From assembly GCF_009914755.1 (NCBI RefSeq), contig NC_060933.1: a stretch of DNA of 64,000 bases; one strand, 5' to 3'. A model generated the notes under the pieces. That model was not told where the DNA came from. It searched no databases and saw only the letters and a program-made list of their open reading frames with translations. Each line of letters begins with the position of its first letter. Position 1 is the stretch's first letter. A program made the position numbers and the translations under genes. This DNA is from the human T2T-CHM13v2.0 reference genome, Homo sapiens. Below, in pieces: positions 62,933-64,000 of this stretch.

Positions 62933-62974
<42 letters not shown>
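62933..62974 (+). repeat. (TG)21 microsatellite
   Basis: 42-nt uninterrupted TG run. Confidence 0.97.
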
Positions 62975-62975
<1 letters not shown>

Positions 62976-64000
62976 TAATTGTTAAAATTGTTATATGTTC
63001 CTGGAGACTGCACTCTTATATCATTATATAATGTTATTCTTTGTCTCTCCTGACAGTTTTTGGCTTCTAATCTATTTTGTATGATATAAATATATCCACT
63101 CCTACTCTTTTTTGGTTACCAAATGGTAACTAATGGAATATCTATTTCCAACACTTTACTTTCAGTCTATGCACATCCTTAAATCTAAAATGAGTTTCTC
63201 ATAGACAGCGTATAGTTGGATCTTTTTTTTTTTTTTAAATCCGTTCAGCCACTCTGTGTCTCTTTATTGGAAGTTATATCTATTTATTTATCAGAAGTTA
63301 AACCTATTTACGTTTGAAGTAATTACTGATAGGAAATTATTTATTATTGCCATTTTGTTCATCATTTTCTGTTTGTCTTATAGTTCATTTGTTTTTGGAG
63401 TTCCAGAGCTTTTTGGAATTCCTTAGTGCACAGTTCTTAGTTCATTTTTCTCCCTTGCTCTCATCCTTTGTGTTTCGTTGATTTTTTTTGTATTGATAAA
63501 CTTTTATTAATTTCTTTTTTACTTTTGTGTAACTTATATGGGTATTTTGTTTCCAGTTACCCTGGGGCTTATATAAAATATGGTTATGACAGTTTAAGTT
63601 GATAACAACTTAACTTTAATCACATGCAAAAACTCTACAGTTTTACTCCTCCTACCTTCACATTTTGTCGTTGATGTCACAATTTACTATATGGTGTATT
63701 CATTCATTCACATATTTTTTACTTATAGTTGTTTTTAATACTTTCGTGTTTTAACTTTTACATTAGAAATAAAAGTGATTTACCCACCACCATTAGAGTA
63801 ATAAAGCATTCTGTATATCTGTATATTTACCTTTGTGTTCTATACTTTCTTATGGTATCATGTTGCTGTACAGCATTCTATTATTTCTACCTGAAGAACT
63901 GCCTTTAGCGCTCCTTGTAAGGCAAGTCTGTTAGTGATGAACTTCCTCAGCTTTTGTCAGGGAAATTTTTATGTTTCCTTCATTTTTAAAGGGCAGTTTT

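Overview
AT-rich, repeat-dense primate (most likely human) genomic DNA lying inside a large + strand gene. Only two coding exons can be supported: 48701-48846 and 50892-50946. They splice in frame to a heptad coiled-coil peptide ([67 protein letters not shown]) that I recognise from memory as the C-terminal part of CCDC171. The rest is intron (>48 kb upstream, 2045 bp between the exons, >13 kb downstream). It holds nested dead L1s (0.8-10 kb and 53.6-64 kb), one full-length but inactivated sense-oriented L1PA4-like element (19210-25344), a solo ERV9/LTR12 inside a MER3, MaLR LTRs, Tigger3/MER58, Alus, MIR/L2 and microsatellites. Nearly all ORFs in the supplied track are L1/Alu/LTR fragments or noise. 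I found no evidence of a wholly new multi-gene system. The best leads are regulatory or RNA-processing ones: an intact, read-through L1 ORF0; two antisense TE promoters; a recursive-splice-like site; candidate poison exons; a stop-free 201-nt exon pair that could circularise; a poly(A)-only retro-insertion next to an exon; locally templated insertions; and a CTCF motif. Repeat subfamily names come from recalled consensus sequences, not a RepeatMasker run, and boundaries without TSD support are approximate.
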